A DNA stretch of 64,000 nt, from NCBI GenBank assembly GCA_030167865.1, contig JALAGF010004023.1, positions 1 through 64,000 of the forward strand, written 5' to 3'. Under the pieces are notes generated by a model. The model ran no database searches. It was not told where the DNA came from and worked only from the letters and a program-made list of their open reading frames with translations. Below, in pieces: positions 37,115 to 49,796 of the stretch (its first letter is position 1; the number at the start of each line of letters is the position of its first letter). Origin of the DNA: Craspedostauros australis (lineage: Eukaryota). A program made the translations under genes and the position numbers.

Positions 37115-37849
37115 ATGTTGAACACCTACGATGAACCGTGCACGCCACCCAACCGTGTGCGATGCAACGGCTTCATGGTCATTATCAAGATCATGATTCC
37201 CTTCCTGATTGGCCGTTGGATGGGCTGCAATCGAAGCTGCGATGTTGCGCCGAATCCGCCGCCACATCCATTGGATTTGCGCTACGCCACACCATTGGAA
37301 TTGGATTCGCATTTGTTTTGGCGAAAGTGTGACGAGGAAGGATTGATAGCCGTCAAGCGCCATGTGGCACAAAAGGGCCACAAGATGGATATGACTGAGT
37401 TCCAGCTCATCCTGCGCAGCGCCTTGCAATCCATCGGTCGCAGCGACCCCGCGTTGGAAACGGATCAGATGTATCTGCGTCGTGTCTTCGCCGCCGTGGG
37501 CGGGGACATTGATGCGTACTACAACGATCTTGTGACCACGTTTGCCTTTTGGCATGAAGGACGCAACGATCCGTTTCCCGGCGGTGCTCGTCACGAATTG
37601 ATGACGTTGGTGGAGGATGGGATGTCCCTCGAAGCATTCCGGACGTACGTGGAAGTGGGGGCAACCCACAATTCACTTCACAAGCGCTTGAGCCTGTCAA
37701 CGAATGCGGTGGACGCTTATGTGCAGATTCGAGATTCGCAGACGCTGAAGAGCGAGCGCAAGGGATTGGTGGAACATTGGAGCGTCAAAGCTGAGAAGAA
37801 GTGGATGGAGCTGAAGAGGGAGATTGACAGACGGCTCCGAGGTGAATGA
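37115..37849 (+). CDS. Orphan membrane-anchored protein, tandem paralog 2
   Basis: Same caccATGTTGA start context as paralog 3; ALQSIGRSDP...FWHEGRNDPF...YVEVGATH core. Confidence 0.8.
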   Translation: MLNTYDEPCTPPNRVRCNGFMVIIKIMIPFLIGRWMGCNRSCDVAPNPPPHPLDLRYATPLELDSHLFWRKCDEEGLIAVKRHVAQKGHKMDMTEFQLILRSALQSIGRSDPALETDQMYLRRVFAAVGGDIDAYYNDLVTTFAFWHEGRNDPFPGGARHELMTLVEDGMSLEAFRTYVEVGATHNSLHKRLSLSTNAVDAYVQIRDSQTLKSERKGLVEHWSVKAEKKWMELKREIDRRLRGE

Positions 37850-38504
37850 AGTCGCGGCAATGTGCCCATTCCAGGCGCTGTATTGGTTGAGCAAGTTCGA
37901 CCATGCGAAGGGGTGTAGATACCATACCAATCTCTAAACCAAACCCTGACAGTACGTAACGTCGTTGCAGAAGCTTGCGATGTAGGTATGTCCACTGGTG
38001 CTCGTAGGTATGATTGTGTAATGGTATGCTCAGATTTTGATGTGAGTGGGTGATCAAGCTTCGTCGCAAATGAGTTGCGTCACAGTTGGAAGGATATGGC
38101 CAATGCCACTTTTGCAGTTGGCAGATAATAACCCACCCAACCGTCCATTCATGCATCTATGTTGTATTTGCGAGAGCATGATGAGTTGCGAATGAAGCTC
38201 ATTCATTGATGGCAGTCACATGCATTGGAACTGCATCCCTGTTGGAGTCCCACGAAGAAGACTCATTCACTTCGTAGCTTTGCCATCGAATGCAATGCCA
38301 TCGTCTGTGTATTAGTATGGTCGTATTCAACGCATGAGACCCACGCAGGCTTGCGGTTGTTGTACTCGTGCATCGGCTATGCTTGTGTGCAGTGAATGCT
38401 GAGCAACGAGCTCATCGCATCGAATTGAATCATGGAGGTTGCTGAGGGATGCAGCATCCGGTCATAAATTCATCATAAATTCGAACATTGTCAAATCATC
38501 CACC

Positions 38505-39239
38505 ATGTTGAACGCCCGCCACAGAAAGATCCGCAAACCGCGCAAGATCGTGCGATTCTGTTTCCACGAGGATGTCCTCAGGATCGTGATTCCCTTGCTG
38601 ATTGGCCTCTTCATCGGCTCCAACTGCGGATACGACCCCATGACCGCTCCCGTTCCGTACCATCCGATGGACGAGCGCTACGCCACGCCGTTGAAGTTGG
38701 ATTCCCCTAAATTCTGGAAGGAATGCGACGACGATGGCCTGCTGGCTGTGAAACGGCACGCTACGCTGTGGGGCAAGAACGCCGACATGTCCCACTTCCG
38801 GCTCCTCTTGCGCAGCGCCTTGAAATCGATCGGCCGCAGCGATCCCCAGTTGGATATGAACGAGCTGTACGTGCGCCGCATCTACGCTTCCGCGGGTGGC
38901 GACGTTGACGCCTACTACGGCGAGCTGGTGACGACATTCGGGTTTTGGCACGATGGGCGTCACGATCCGTTCGGCGCCGACGCGCGCAAGGATCTCGTGG
39001 AACTGGTCGAGAAGGGCATGTCGATCGAGACCCTGAAGATGTACGTGCAGGTGGGCGCCTCCCACAATGGACTGCACATGCATCTGAGCCGATCGTCGAA
39101 CGCGGTGCGGGCGCATTATCAGATTCGTGAGTCGCAGCGATTGACGACCGAGCTGGACAATCTGAGGAATGCCTGGTTCGTCGGCGCACGGCGCGAGCGC
39201 TTGCGGAATGAGATCCGGCGACGTCTTCGGGATGAATGA
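38505..39239 (+). CDS. Orphan membrane-anchored protein, tandem paralog 3
   Basis: Same architecture; core nearly identical at the DNA level to paralog 1. Confidence 0.8.
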   Translation: MLNARHRKIRKPRKIVRFCFHEDVLRIVIPLLIGLFIGSNCGYDPMTAPVPYHPMDERYATPLKLDSPKFWKECDDDGLLAVKRHATLWGKNADMSHFRLLLRSALKSIGRSDPQLDMNELYVRRIYASAGGDVDAYYGELVTTFGFWHDGRHDPFGADARKDLVELVEKGMSIETLKMYVQVGASHNGLHMHLSRSSNAVRAHYQIRESQRLTTELDNLRNAWFVGARRERLRNEIRRRLRDE

Positions 39240-40549
39240 TCATGACGTGATCGAGGCAGTTCCGTCGTGCTTATGGAGCAATATTAGAATATTCTGTTTC
39301 TCGAGGGAGGAGAAATGATGGTCCATCTCTTTCTGTGCCCAACTCTTTTGCCAATGGGAGTTGAGAGTCTCTCTTGTGTGTGGAGAGGCGGATCGAGGAT
39401 TGATCACCATTAATGTAATTGCCGGCACGGGCGTTTCCAAGTAGAATAGGACTCACATCCAATCTCAAATTAAAATGGAGGGTGGAAAGGTGGCATAGCA
39501 TGGGACGATGTGCTAGTCTTCTGTCTTGTCATGTCATGCCATGCTTTCTCAAGTGCCTTGGGCAGCAGCTCGAGTGTGGCCGATGTTGTGTTGTCGCTTC
39601 GTCAAACAACGCTCTGCTCCATGGATTGTTGATGGAATGTGCCTCACTCTTGACGACAGACAGCGACACTCGTGAGCCTATGGACGCACAACTCAGCCCA
39701 AGAGGCCATGGCTGACATGTATGGGCGTCGTTGCATTCCATCGTGAACACAGGTGAAGCTGAAGATACTGCACCGATGATGCTGACCTCCGTCAGATGTT
39801 GTTGATGCCAAAACAGAGAGGGCGAAAATAATGATGCAACTTGAAAGGAAGATCTTGGATGCGACGGTATCTTTCGCACCAGAACGTGCTGGCGCCAAGA
39901 AGTCCGCCAATCATGACACGGCGGTTGGAATGTCATGGCTACCAACGCTTTTTTGGCAATCATCGACAAATTTAATTAGCCGTGGGGGGAGGGAAATTTC
40001 TGTTCCGGCGTGGCACCAATCGCCGTTCACGTGTCGCAACAGTCCGTAAATTTTGCAATCACCGTGTTGAAAATAGGGGTGTCGTGGTTGGGTGTGCGGA
40101 ACGAGGAAGAGCGAATGACGTGAAGCCAACGTGAAGGCGATGCGAAGCAACCACTCCACTTGTGACAACATTCATGTCGTGGTTGCCCTCCTTGCACCAC
40201 GACCACCACCAACACCACCACCAAGACGCGGAGGCAGAGAGAAACACAATCAGAAGGCATCCAAGATCAAGTGCAACCGTAGCTGCTGAACCCTCTGCTG
40301 CGTTTGCATCGTCATCCATTGAAGGCCGCACCCAAGAACCCACAATCCTCCACTCATTTGTGCATCTCAGAGAGCAGAGGTGCAGACCCCAGAGCGTGTT
40401 CTCCATCGACAACTCACTCCAAAGGAACTCCGCTGCATCGATTCAACGACCATCGCAGGACCTCCAGACGACAACAAGAAGAGGAGACGAGAACAATCAT
40501 CCAGAAGGCAATTAGGAGAACAGCAACGAAACGACCGCTCGAGACGACG

Positions 40550-43500
40550 ATGGCGGCAACCGAAGAAGATCCAGGCGCCAGCACAATGCCCACGACGACG
40601 ACGACGATGGCGGAATCAGAAACCAAGTGCAACACCTGCGACATGCCCAAGACCAAGGGCGACTTTTCTGGAAAGCAATGGAAGAAGTCTGCCACCACGC
40701 GCAAGTGCCGCGATTGCATCGATGCTGCCACCAAAACAGAAGACAAGGCCGAATCGCAAGATTCATCCAACGAACAGCCGGAGCAAGAAGCAGCACCAGC
40801 AGTGGTAGTGGAAGCGCCAGCAGCAGAACCACTTCTGGAGGATGCCAACCAAGAACAAGAGGACGCTTCTGAAGTCAAGGACGAGGCCGTTGAACCCACG
40901 GTCGTCAACGAAGAGATAGTTGAAGAAGAAGAATACGTCCAGGTGATTGAGAACGTCGTCGAGGACGTCGTCGTCGACCAACCTGCCACTGACGAGGCCA
41001 CCGAAGACGCTGTCGTCGAGGAGGCTGTCGTCGAAGAGCCCGCTGTTCAAGAACCAACCATCGAAGAGACAGTCGTCGAAGAGACCATCGTTGTAGAGAC
41101 TGTGGTTGAAGAGGCTGCCACCGAAGATAACGTCGTTGAAGAGATCACGGAAGAGATCATCGAGGAGCTGATTGAAGAGGTTACCGAAGAGGTCACCGAA
41201 GACATCGTGTCAGACATCGTCGCTGACGAAGCTCGCCCAGAGCAGCCACCCAAGGAACAAGAAGACACCGTCGCTACCGAAGCCCAACCAGAGGAAGAGC
41301 ACCCAGACGACGAACCGCAAAAGGCCAACCGTGAGGCCGACTTGCTGAAGCAAAACGAGGAAGAGAAGATCAGGCAGCAGATTGAGGAAGAGGCCAGACA
41401 ACGAGCCGCTCAACTCAAGAAGGAAAAGGAGGAAGAACAGGCGCGTGCGAGGAAGGAAGCTCTCGCGAGGGCCCAAGCCATCCTCGAGGAGAAGGAAGAA
41501 GAGGAGCGTGCCGCCATCGAGGAGGCAGCGCGCAAGAGAGCCGCTGAGGTCAAGCGACGACGGGAAGAAGAACAACAAAAGGCGGCCGAAGCCAAGCGAC
41601 TACAAGAGGAAGAGGCAAAGGCGGCCGAGGAACGTCGACAGAGACTGGAGGCTGAGGCCGAGCGGTTGGCAAAGGCCAAGGAGGCACGTCTGCTTGCGGA
41701 GGCTTCCAGACAGCGCATGCTCCAAGAGGAGCAAGATCGTCGCAGAGCTAGAGAGATTGCGGAAGCCAAAGCCAACGCCGACGCGTACAACAGGCCGCCC
41801 ATGAGTCCTGTGGCAGATCATCACGGCAACCACGAAGCACCCAAAACAGCCCCACGTCCAGTCAACACCAGCATGACCTTCGGTAAGTGTCTCATGTCAT
41901 TGCGACTGCAATATTGGTCCAACACCCTCGCCGCCGTCACTGTTGGTCGCAGCCGCTGTCATTGATGTGACAATTGAACACAATGATCCACAAGCTCTGT
42001 CTACCAGTCTCTCTCACTGTGTCCACATCTTTTCATTCCTCCCTTCCATTTGCCCCTCCATTTTCTTTACTTTGTTTTTGCCAGCTGATGCCTTCAGCAA
42101 TCATGGTGGATCACCTCGGGAGCCACTTTTCACGCCACGTGAAGTTAGCACTGCAGGTACGTACAAGCAAGCATGGTCCCTGGATGACTTCTGTCTGTGC
42201 AGTGCATGTTATGAGTGGTTCAATTTTCCTCGTTACCCTTTCTTCGTCAAATCAAGCACAGCAGTAACGCTCTGGTGTGTTCAATGCTCAATACCATGCC
42301 ATGCCATGCCATCATCACTCATCCCACGCAATGCCACACTTCACTACTTCATGCATTCCACACTGTGCCATAATTCACAGCAGACACCGACTACAAGACA
42401 CCCAAAGCGGCAGCTGCCAGCGCCACTCCCGTGTCAAACCAGTCCCATGCATCGCAAAAGACGACGGCAAGCACCGAGACTAACATGACCAGCGTCAGTG
42501 AGGCCACCACAGGAACAAACGCAACTAACAAGAGCGATGCCACCCCGGATACCACATCCTTCACGGCCCTTGGGGCAAGAAAGAGCAAGAAGGTCTCCAA
42601 CAGAATGAACGCCTACCTCGAGCAAGCTAGGAAGAACAAGGTCTCCGAACTGCCACCGGACAAGATCCCCATCCCATCGGCGTCGCCGGTCGGAGTTCGC
42701 AAGCTCGCATTCACAACACCCTCCAGCCCGACCTCCCCCACATCCAAAGCACATTTGCGATCCAAAACGCCGCCGCAACAGCGCCGCAGTTCCACAGACC
42801 TTTCCACCATCCGTGCCAAATTCAGTGACAACAGCAATCCCGGCCAACCCAACACGCAGTTCGTCTACGGCGAAGCCTTCCGTCAGAAGCAGCGAACTCT
42901 GAAGCAGGCCGCCAAGATCAAGGACAAGGAGGCCGTCAGCGTGGCACGCGGATTCGACGTCATGGTGTTGGATTCCGGCAAGGCCGAGATGGGAGAGGTC
43001 GATGCCACCAGTCTTGACAAGACCTTCGTCTTTCAGGGCGATTCCGAGGTCCAGCTGCACAACGGGGAATGCAAGATCGACTATGCCAACACGAGCTACG
43101 AGGCATTCGTCTTCTTGGTGCATCGCACGCGTGGTCTCCTGCTGCTGAAGCAAAGCATCAATCCCGAGACGCCACGATACGTCGTGCCAGGTGGTGCGCT
43201 GGTCGAGAAAGAATTCCTGAGCGCAGGTATGTTCCATGCTTGCTTGTTCACGTGTTCAATTTCCTGTGCTTGCCGTGCGCCGCTGGTTGCATGGTCAATA
43301 CGTTGGTGATGCTGTTTTGCAGGATGCACAAAAACATGATGGTTGTCAATTCATTCTCTCACACACGCACATGCTCTTGCACTGCCCGAACACCCGTTAA
43401 CAACAGCCAAACTCACTGGACACGAATCCGTCCAGTTACAGTTGGCCGGCCGCGAAGGTGCAGCACGAGAATTGCATCACGTCACCGGAATTGATGTGCG

Positions 43501-44486
43501 CGCCAAATTGGAACGCTTGAAACCAGCCGTCCTGCGTACAGAGGCAATCGAGCACGAGAACAAGATCCTGTTGAAAAACGAGAACAGCAACAAGCTCTAC
43601 TACTTCCTTCAAGTGGAGGAGAATGATTTCCCGACGGAGGTGAGTATGTTGGTTGGTTGGTTAGCGAGTCGGTTTGTCGGTTAATTTGCGATTGATTGTG
43701 TGGACATAATGGCGGGATACGATACGATACAGTGCAAGTGGACGAATCTGTCTCTCACACGTTGTTTCCTTTTGCAAACTACCATGCATGCGCACACGCC
43801 ACATTGCTGCATACGTGGCCCATGGAAACACAAACACAAATCACGCGGATGAGCAGAGTGTGGAAGGCAAGACATTGAGAGGACCAGTCGACGAACCGGA
43901 TGTCACGAATTCTGCCTTGAGAGTAAGTTCCCTGTTATCGACGGTGCTTTGATGCCATGTCGTCCGATGATACACACGAGTATTTGTACCTCGCTATTCA
44001 ATTTGCCCATTCGTTCACTCACCACTTCACCCACCACCTTCCCTCCACACACAGCTCCTACTCGATGACGATGTGGAAGGATTCCGATTCGCCCGCGAAC
44101 CTCAAGAAGCCGCCGAGTACCTGAAGCAACATGACGATGGTAAGTCTTCCATCGCTCTGTCGTTGGTGATGAACCAAGCATCGGACACACCCGTGCCCGA
44201 CGTGCAAGTCAGTCCCATGGCGCAAGGCGATGCAAAGCACGTCCCGAAAGAATTCAAGAAGGAAGAATCGGACAGGCCATTCGACGAGAAGGAGAATCCC
44301 GAAAGCGCCTTGGAGTTGGCGCAGGAGAAGTTCGATCTTGTCAAAGGTGACGGCGCGCCCAACGAAGTGGTGGCGAACGACAGCGGCGTTGCTGCTGCGG
44401 AAGCTAAAACAGCGCCCAAGGGGGGATTGGGATCCGAGCCAGCTCCGGTGGAGACTGGCTTGTGCTGCGCATGCGTGGTGCAGTAG
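40550..44486 (+). CDS. Multidomain protein: CxxC/CxxC Zn finger, Glu/Val-rich repeats, coiled coil, degenerate Nudix-like domain, CaaX tail; 6 exons (40550-41882, 42085-42156, 42381-43226, 43407-43639, 43857-43922, 44055-44486)
   Basis: All five GT-AG introns keep the frame. CNTC...FSGKQWKK...KCRDC; AFVFLVH...VPGG...E...AARELHHVTGID; C-terminus CCACVVQ*. Confidence 0.75.
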
Positions 44487-44666
44487 ATGCGACGAAAACG
44501 ATCAGGGAGACGGGAAAGTGATCCGACCGCAACTACCTTTCATGTTACTCTATTCTACTCTTCTGTATTCAGTTCCGATGGCACAGGCGATATCATATTA
44601 AAATTCAATACGGCCTGCTATTATTTTAGGAGAGCATACCACACATGTGCTTGCTCTGCTGTATTC

Positions 44667-46593
44667 TCATGACGCCGCCTGCTGCTGCTTCCATTCGCTG
44701 TACTGTGTCAACAGATCCTGCGAGACGGACTTGGTGGCCTGATTGATTGCGGTTTCAAAATCCTTCAAGGCGATGGGGCGAATATCGTTGACGGCGACGT
44801 CCCGGATGGCGTTCATGCCACCCAGATCTCGCAGAGGCCCGAACGAGGCTTCGGATGCGATGGAGGTGAGGTCGGATCCGGAGAATCCCTCCGTGCGCTT
44901 GACGACCTCTCTGATTTCCGTTCGGCTGAGGCTGTGCTGACCGGCCTTTTCGAGGAGCTTCTTAACCAGGACCTTGCGCGTGTCCTTGTCGGGTAACGGG
45001 ATGTAGATTCTGCGCGGGAATCGTCGCAGGACGGCGGAATCGATATCCCACGGGCAGTTGGTGCAGGCGATGACGAGCACGTGCTTTCCGTTGGTCTCGT
45101 CGCCCTTGACGATGCCATCGACCTGCGTCATGAATTCCGTCTTGAAGCGTCTGCTTGCCTCGTGCTCGCCGTCGCTTTTTCGCGTGGAGAGCAGGGCGTC
45201 CATCTCGTCCACGAAGATGATGGATGGTGCTGCAGCTCTCGCAACCTCGAACAAGGTGCGAACGAGCTTCTCGCCCTCGCCGTGCCATTTGGACGTCAAT
45301 GCGCTGGCCGTGCAGAGGAAGAGCAGACACTGGCTTTCCTTGGCAACGGCACGCACCAGCATGGTCTTTCCAGTTCCTGGCGGTCCGTACAGCAATATAT
45401 TGCGGGGTTTGCGCAATCCAGTGAACAAGTCAGGGCGCATCAACGGCAGGATGGCCGCCTCTTGCAGCGACTGCTTGGCGTCTGCAAGGCCAGCAATGTC
45501 GTCCCACGTCATGTTCTGCAGCTGCGACGGGTCGACGTAGAGATCTGTTTTGACGGTCTGCACCAACGGGTCCTTGCTGTCCAGATACTTGGATGGTGCA
45601 GCCGGTTTTGGATTTGCAGGTCTGGCAGGTGCAGGCGCGGGTGGTGGATAGGTCGGCTGTGATGGCACCTGGCGTCTGGAAGATGCCAAGTGTTGCTGAC
45701 TTTGTTGATTGCGAGACAGGGCTGCTGCAGGTGGCGGCGGTATCCTCCGTTTGGAGGGTTGCTTGGGTCCCATCGATGCAGTCGGTTGACCTGTGCTTTG
45801 CTTATTTGCATTTGGCCTCGAAGTCTGCTTGTTGGCAGGAGGGTCTGCCCTGCTGGATTTCTTGCTGGAAGAATTCCATGGCAGGCGGAAAGTGGATCCG
45901 GCCGAATTGCCATTGACAGAACCGTTTGTTGTGGAAGCTGTCGCTCCTGCCGCTCTCGTTGATGACTTCTTTTTGGCCTCAGCAGTTGCTGCTGCTGTTT
46001 TAGATCGTGTCATGATTCTGGAAGTGCTCGTTGTTGCAGATGATGAAGATGATGTTGGCGATGACGATGTGGATGGCGGCGATGTGGATGATGCATGCTT
46101 TGAATTGGGATTGGAATTGGACTGCTTGGTTGGCTTTGCTCGAGCTTGCGTTTGTTGCTGTTGCTGTTGCCTGGGTTGCTGTTGCTGTTGACTCTTCCGC
46201 TCCTTTATCCTTCGTTTGAGCGCTTCCGCCTCCGTCAACGCCACTTGCACATGCGCATAGACGCTGTCGCGATCCACCGACGGCAAGACTGACTGGTCCG
46301 CCTTGAGGAGCTTGATGAGAGACTCCAGCGCCAGCTCATAGATCTTCGCTGCCTCCTCCTCGGTGCCAAGATGGTTCGTCCGTTCTCCAGTCTGCGCCAG
46401 CTTCTCGGCCTTCTGCAAGCCTTCCAACGCCATGTCAATGTCCTGATGCGTCATCATGCCATGCTGCTGCCGTTTCTTCATGGCGCTCTGCATGGCCAAC
46501 GCAACCCTCATGTCTTCCTTGTATCGATCCAATCCTGGCGGTGTGCCTGGCGTCTTATCTCCGCTTTTGTTCATCTTCCTTGTGCTGTTGCTA

Positions 46594-46624
<31 letters not shown>

Positions 46625-46715
46625 CGTTGCTGTTGCTGCCGTTGCTGCCTTGATTCGTGCCGCCGGAGCCAAGCCCCAGATTGACGATGCTCTGGTCCCA
46701 GTTGAGATCGTCCAT
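44667..46715 (-). CDS. Spastin/fidgetin-like microtubule-severing AAA ATPase with MIT-like N-terminal helices
   Basis: WDDIAGL, LLYGPPGTGKT (Walker A), LTSKWHGEGEK, IIFVDEMD (Walker B), EHEASRRFKTEF, LRRFPRRIYIPLPD. Confidence 0.9.
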
Positions 46716-47613
46716 CGCTCACAAGAAACGCTTCGATGTCGCGATCCCTTGCCGCTGTTGCATTCAGGTTTCCGAGATGAAGATTGGCTGTCTTGTGAGA
46801 TGGATGGAGCAGCAGCTGAACCGAGTGGAGGAGGGAAGAGGATGTATGGCACAATACCTCCAGCTTCTGCTCTCTCTCTATCTATCTCTCTTCAAGACCT
46901 GGCTTGATGTGTTGCCAATTGCAAACTGGTCTGAAAGAACCCAAGAGCAAAGACGCTTATCCCTGATGTTTCGCTCTTGCCTTCTTGCTGTGGTGTGCTG
47001 TGCTGTGTTGGGTGTTGTTGTGTTATCGAGTGTTGTTGGATGTTGAGCTGTGCCGACTTGTGTTCGGTCTTGCATCAGCTCCGCCTTTTCCATGGTGGTC
47101 CATTCTTGGCGCCCCGTTTCTCGTGTGTTTGTGTTGCTTCTCTCTCCGCATGTTCCGTGAACGCCTCTTTTGCACAAAAATGTTGATGTCCACTCTTGTT
47201 GACTGCACATCGACTTGATTCGATTTCGGAACCATTCTTGATCATGTCGTGTGAGTCGTGCTGGGATGTGAACAATAGTGTGTCGTATGCGACTGACTAG
47301 TCGTTATATGCAATCCGTAATTTGAATTTGGTTGGGCTTGCTCACTTTTTTGTGTGAGTGACTGTTGCTGTTCTGTCTGGTCTGTGAGCAAAACACTTCC
47401 ACAACCCCTCATCGTCATTTGCTGCCGCAACCCCAACGCGGCCAGCCCAAGAGAGTAGCCAACAGGGACTGTGCGCACGTACTCGAGTACTCTACGTTCT
47501 ACGTCCTCCGATCCCCGTTCTCACATCCTCCCACACGCTCAGACATCCAACCATCCGCGCACCCAACCACCAATGCCATTCATCGTTTCCCCGCTACTCT
47601 CTTGACTGCGACC

Positions 47614-49013
47614 ATGACGGGCAGCAAGTCCAACGGCAAACCGCGCCCCGCATGCACCAAGCGCCCCTTGCTCAACATCAACGCGGACAAGATCAATGAA
47701 GAATTCAGCCGCTCCTTCCATTCCAACGACTTCCAATTCGGCGACACCACCTTCCGTCAGGATGGCTTCTCCATCGGTCAGGACTACCTGCGTTGCGAGG
47801 GTGCAACGATATCGCGCAAGGACTGGAAGGAATTGCAGATCTGCCCCGATCGGTTGCTGGGACGAGGCGCCTTCTCCAAGGTCTATTTGGGGCGCTGGAA
47901 GCAGGATCGCAGCAGCGACAAGAGGCACGACATTGCCGCGGACGGCACGATCGCCGTCGCCATTAAGCAATTTCAGCTGGTGGACATCTCCGCGCAACGT
48001 CGCGATATGCTGCTGCAGGAACTGCGCGCTTTGATCAAGCTGCAGTGCGATTGCTTGCTGCAATTCCATGGCACCTTCGTGCAGGACGATCACATCACCA
48101 TCGTGCTGCAGTACATGGACGCCGGATCGCTGGAACAGTACCTGCAACGGCAGCCCAAGCACCGTCTGCCCATCTTCGACTCCATCCTGCAGCCCATCGT
48201 GTACCAGGTGCTCTGGGGGTTGGCCTATCTGCATCACGAGCGCATCATTCATCGCGATCTCAAACCTGGAAACATCCTGCTGGACACGTCCGGCGCCGTG
48301 AAGCTGTGCGATTTCGGATTGGTGTCGTCATTGACGCAGGATGCCATGCTGCAGTCCGGCACCATCATGTCTTCCACCGTGGTGGGCACAACGAGGTACA
48401 TGGCGCCGGAACGATTGAGGGCCACGCCGTACGGACGATCGAGCGATATGTGGAGCTTCGGTCTCATCGTGCTGGAATGCATCTTGGGTGAAACCCCATG
48501 GAAGGAGGCAGACAACATCGTGTCGCTGTTAATGACGGTGGAGGAAACGACGATCGATGAGATCGTGCCTGTCAATTTGGAGGAGACGACGAGAGATTTC
48601 CTGCTGGCTTGCTTGCAGTTTGAACCTGGTAAGGCCCGTTGGTTGGTTGGCTTGTTGGCTGGCTGGCTGGTTACGTGTATGCTGTTGTTGCATGCAAATG
48701 TAGGTATACGTGTTTGTCAATTTCTCGCTTGACTATGTGCTCACTCACATGCTCGTATCATATCTGCCTCAAATTCATTGTACTGTACTCGTCCGTATGT
48801 ATGGTGCGATACTGCCCCATGTTGCCATTCATCGTTGACTGGCATCATCACTTCGCGCCAAATACCCATGCAGTCAAGCGAATCCCTGCAACGATTCTGA
48901 CGCAATCGCCGTGGTTTGAAGCCGACGATCGCGAGATATCATCCGTTACGGAGGCTGTCCAACAAGTCATGCTACATTTGAAAGACACGTTCGATGCAAA
49001 CAAGGAGAACTAG
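47614..49013 (+). CDS. MAP kinase kinase (STE7/MEK-like), 2 exons (47614-48628, 48874-49013)
   Basis: LGRGAFSKV, VAIK, YMDAGSL, HRDLKPGNILL, KLCDFG, VGTTRYMAPER, SDMWSFG. Splice to VKRIPATILTQSPWF supplies the subdomain XI arginine. Confidence 0.85.
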
Positions 49014-49019
49014 TAAGAG

Positions 49020-49043
49020 GTCTCTCTCTCTCTCTCTCTCTCT
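49020..49043. repeat. (TC)n microsatellite just after the MAPKK stop codon
   Basis: tctctctctctctctctctctct. Confidence 0.9.
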
Positions 49044-49481
49044 AGATAGAGAGAATGGAGTAGATGCAACGATGCATCAACAAATCCAGCCTTGATCGTA
49101 ACTCCTGTGAAGTTTGTAGACAAGGACATGTTCTTCCATCACAACCAACAGACTATCTGTATGTACTGCGCGAAAGCTGCCTTCATGTTAGAGTTGCATG
49201 TATGGTGGGCCTACCTGCAGCTCATTCCATCATCGAACGGACCGCTTCGTTCTTTCCCCAGATGCAGTGAGTGGGATTTGTCCCGAAATCCGTCGTCTTG
49301 GCTTCCCACCGCAGTGCTGCTTTTCGTCGTTAGTGGCTCTTTGTGTTCACCTTGTGTATTTTCACTAACGTTCTTGTTCCTTCTACTTCTGCGACTATCC
49401 TTGTCATTCTCAACCTTCGTACTCTTCCATCGGCCTCAACGCCTGCTCCATCGTTTGTTCGCTGCTGGCTTCCAAATCATC

Positions 49482-49796
49482 TCAGCACTCGAGGTACTTG
49501 GCCGCAATCAGAAGCTCAAGAGCAATCTCCGGCTCGATGGGGAAATCCGGGACCCTCAGCTTGCTGTCCGTGTGCTGCACCTTGTAGTGCAGGTATTTGA
49601 CCACCTTTTCCAGGATGTAGCTGGAGATGTCTGGGAACCGAACGATGTTGTCCTGCGCCTCGCGGAAGTGCCCCTCCAGCATCGTCCGTATCGTCGTGCT
49701 CGACTTCATCGCGATCTCCTTGTCGACGAAGAATTCATGTCCCTCAGCGCTGATCAGCTTCACGTACACGCGCTCTTCCGGAGGTGTCGATGCCAT
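49482..49796 (-). CDS. ELOC: Elongin C (SKP1/BTB fold)
   Basis: YVKLISAEGHEF, STTIRTML, ILEKVVKYLHYK, FPIEPEIALELLIAAKYLEC. Confidence 0.95.
   Translation of the reverse strand: MASTPPEERVYVKLISAEGHEFFVDKEIAMKSSTTIRTMLEGHFREAQDNIVRFPDISSYILEKVVKYLHYKVQHTDSKLRVPDFPIEPEIALELLIAAKYLEC

Noticed and set aside
39240-40300. Possible fourth paralog or transposon remnant after the tandem array
   Set aside because: No core motifs, terminal repeats or transposase/RT motifs seen.
46585-46650. (TTGCTG)n repeat
   Set aside because: Encodes the Ser-Asn low-complexity N-terminus of the AAA ATPase; not a separate element.
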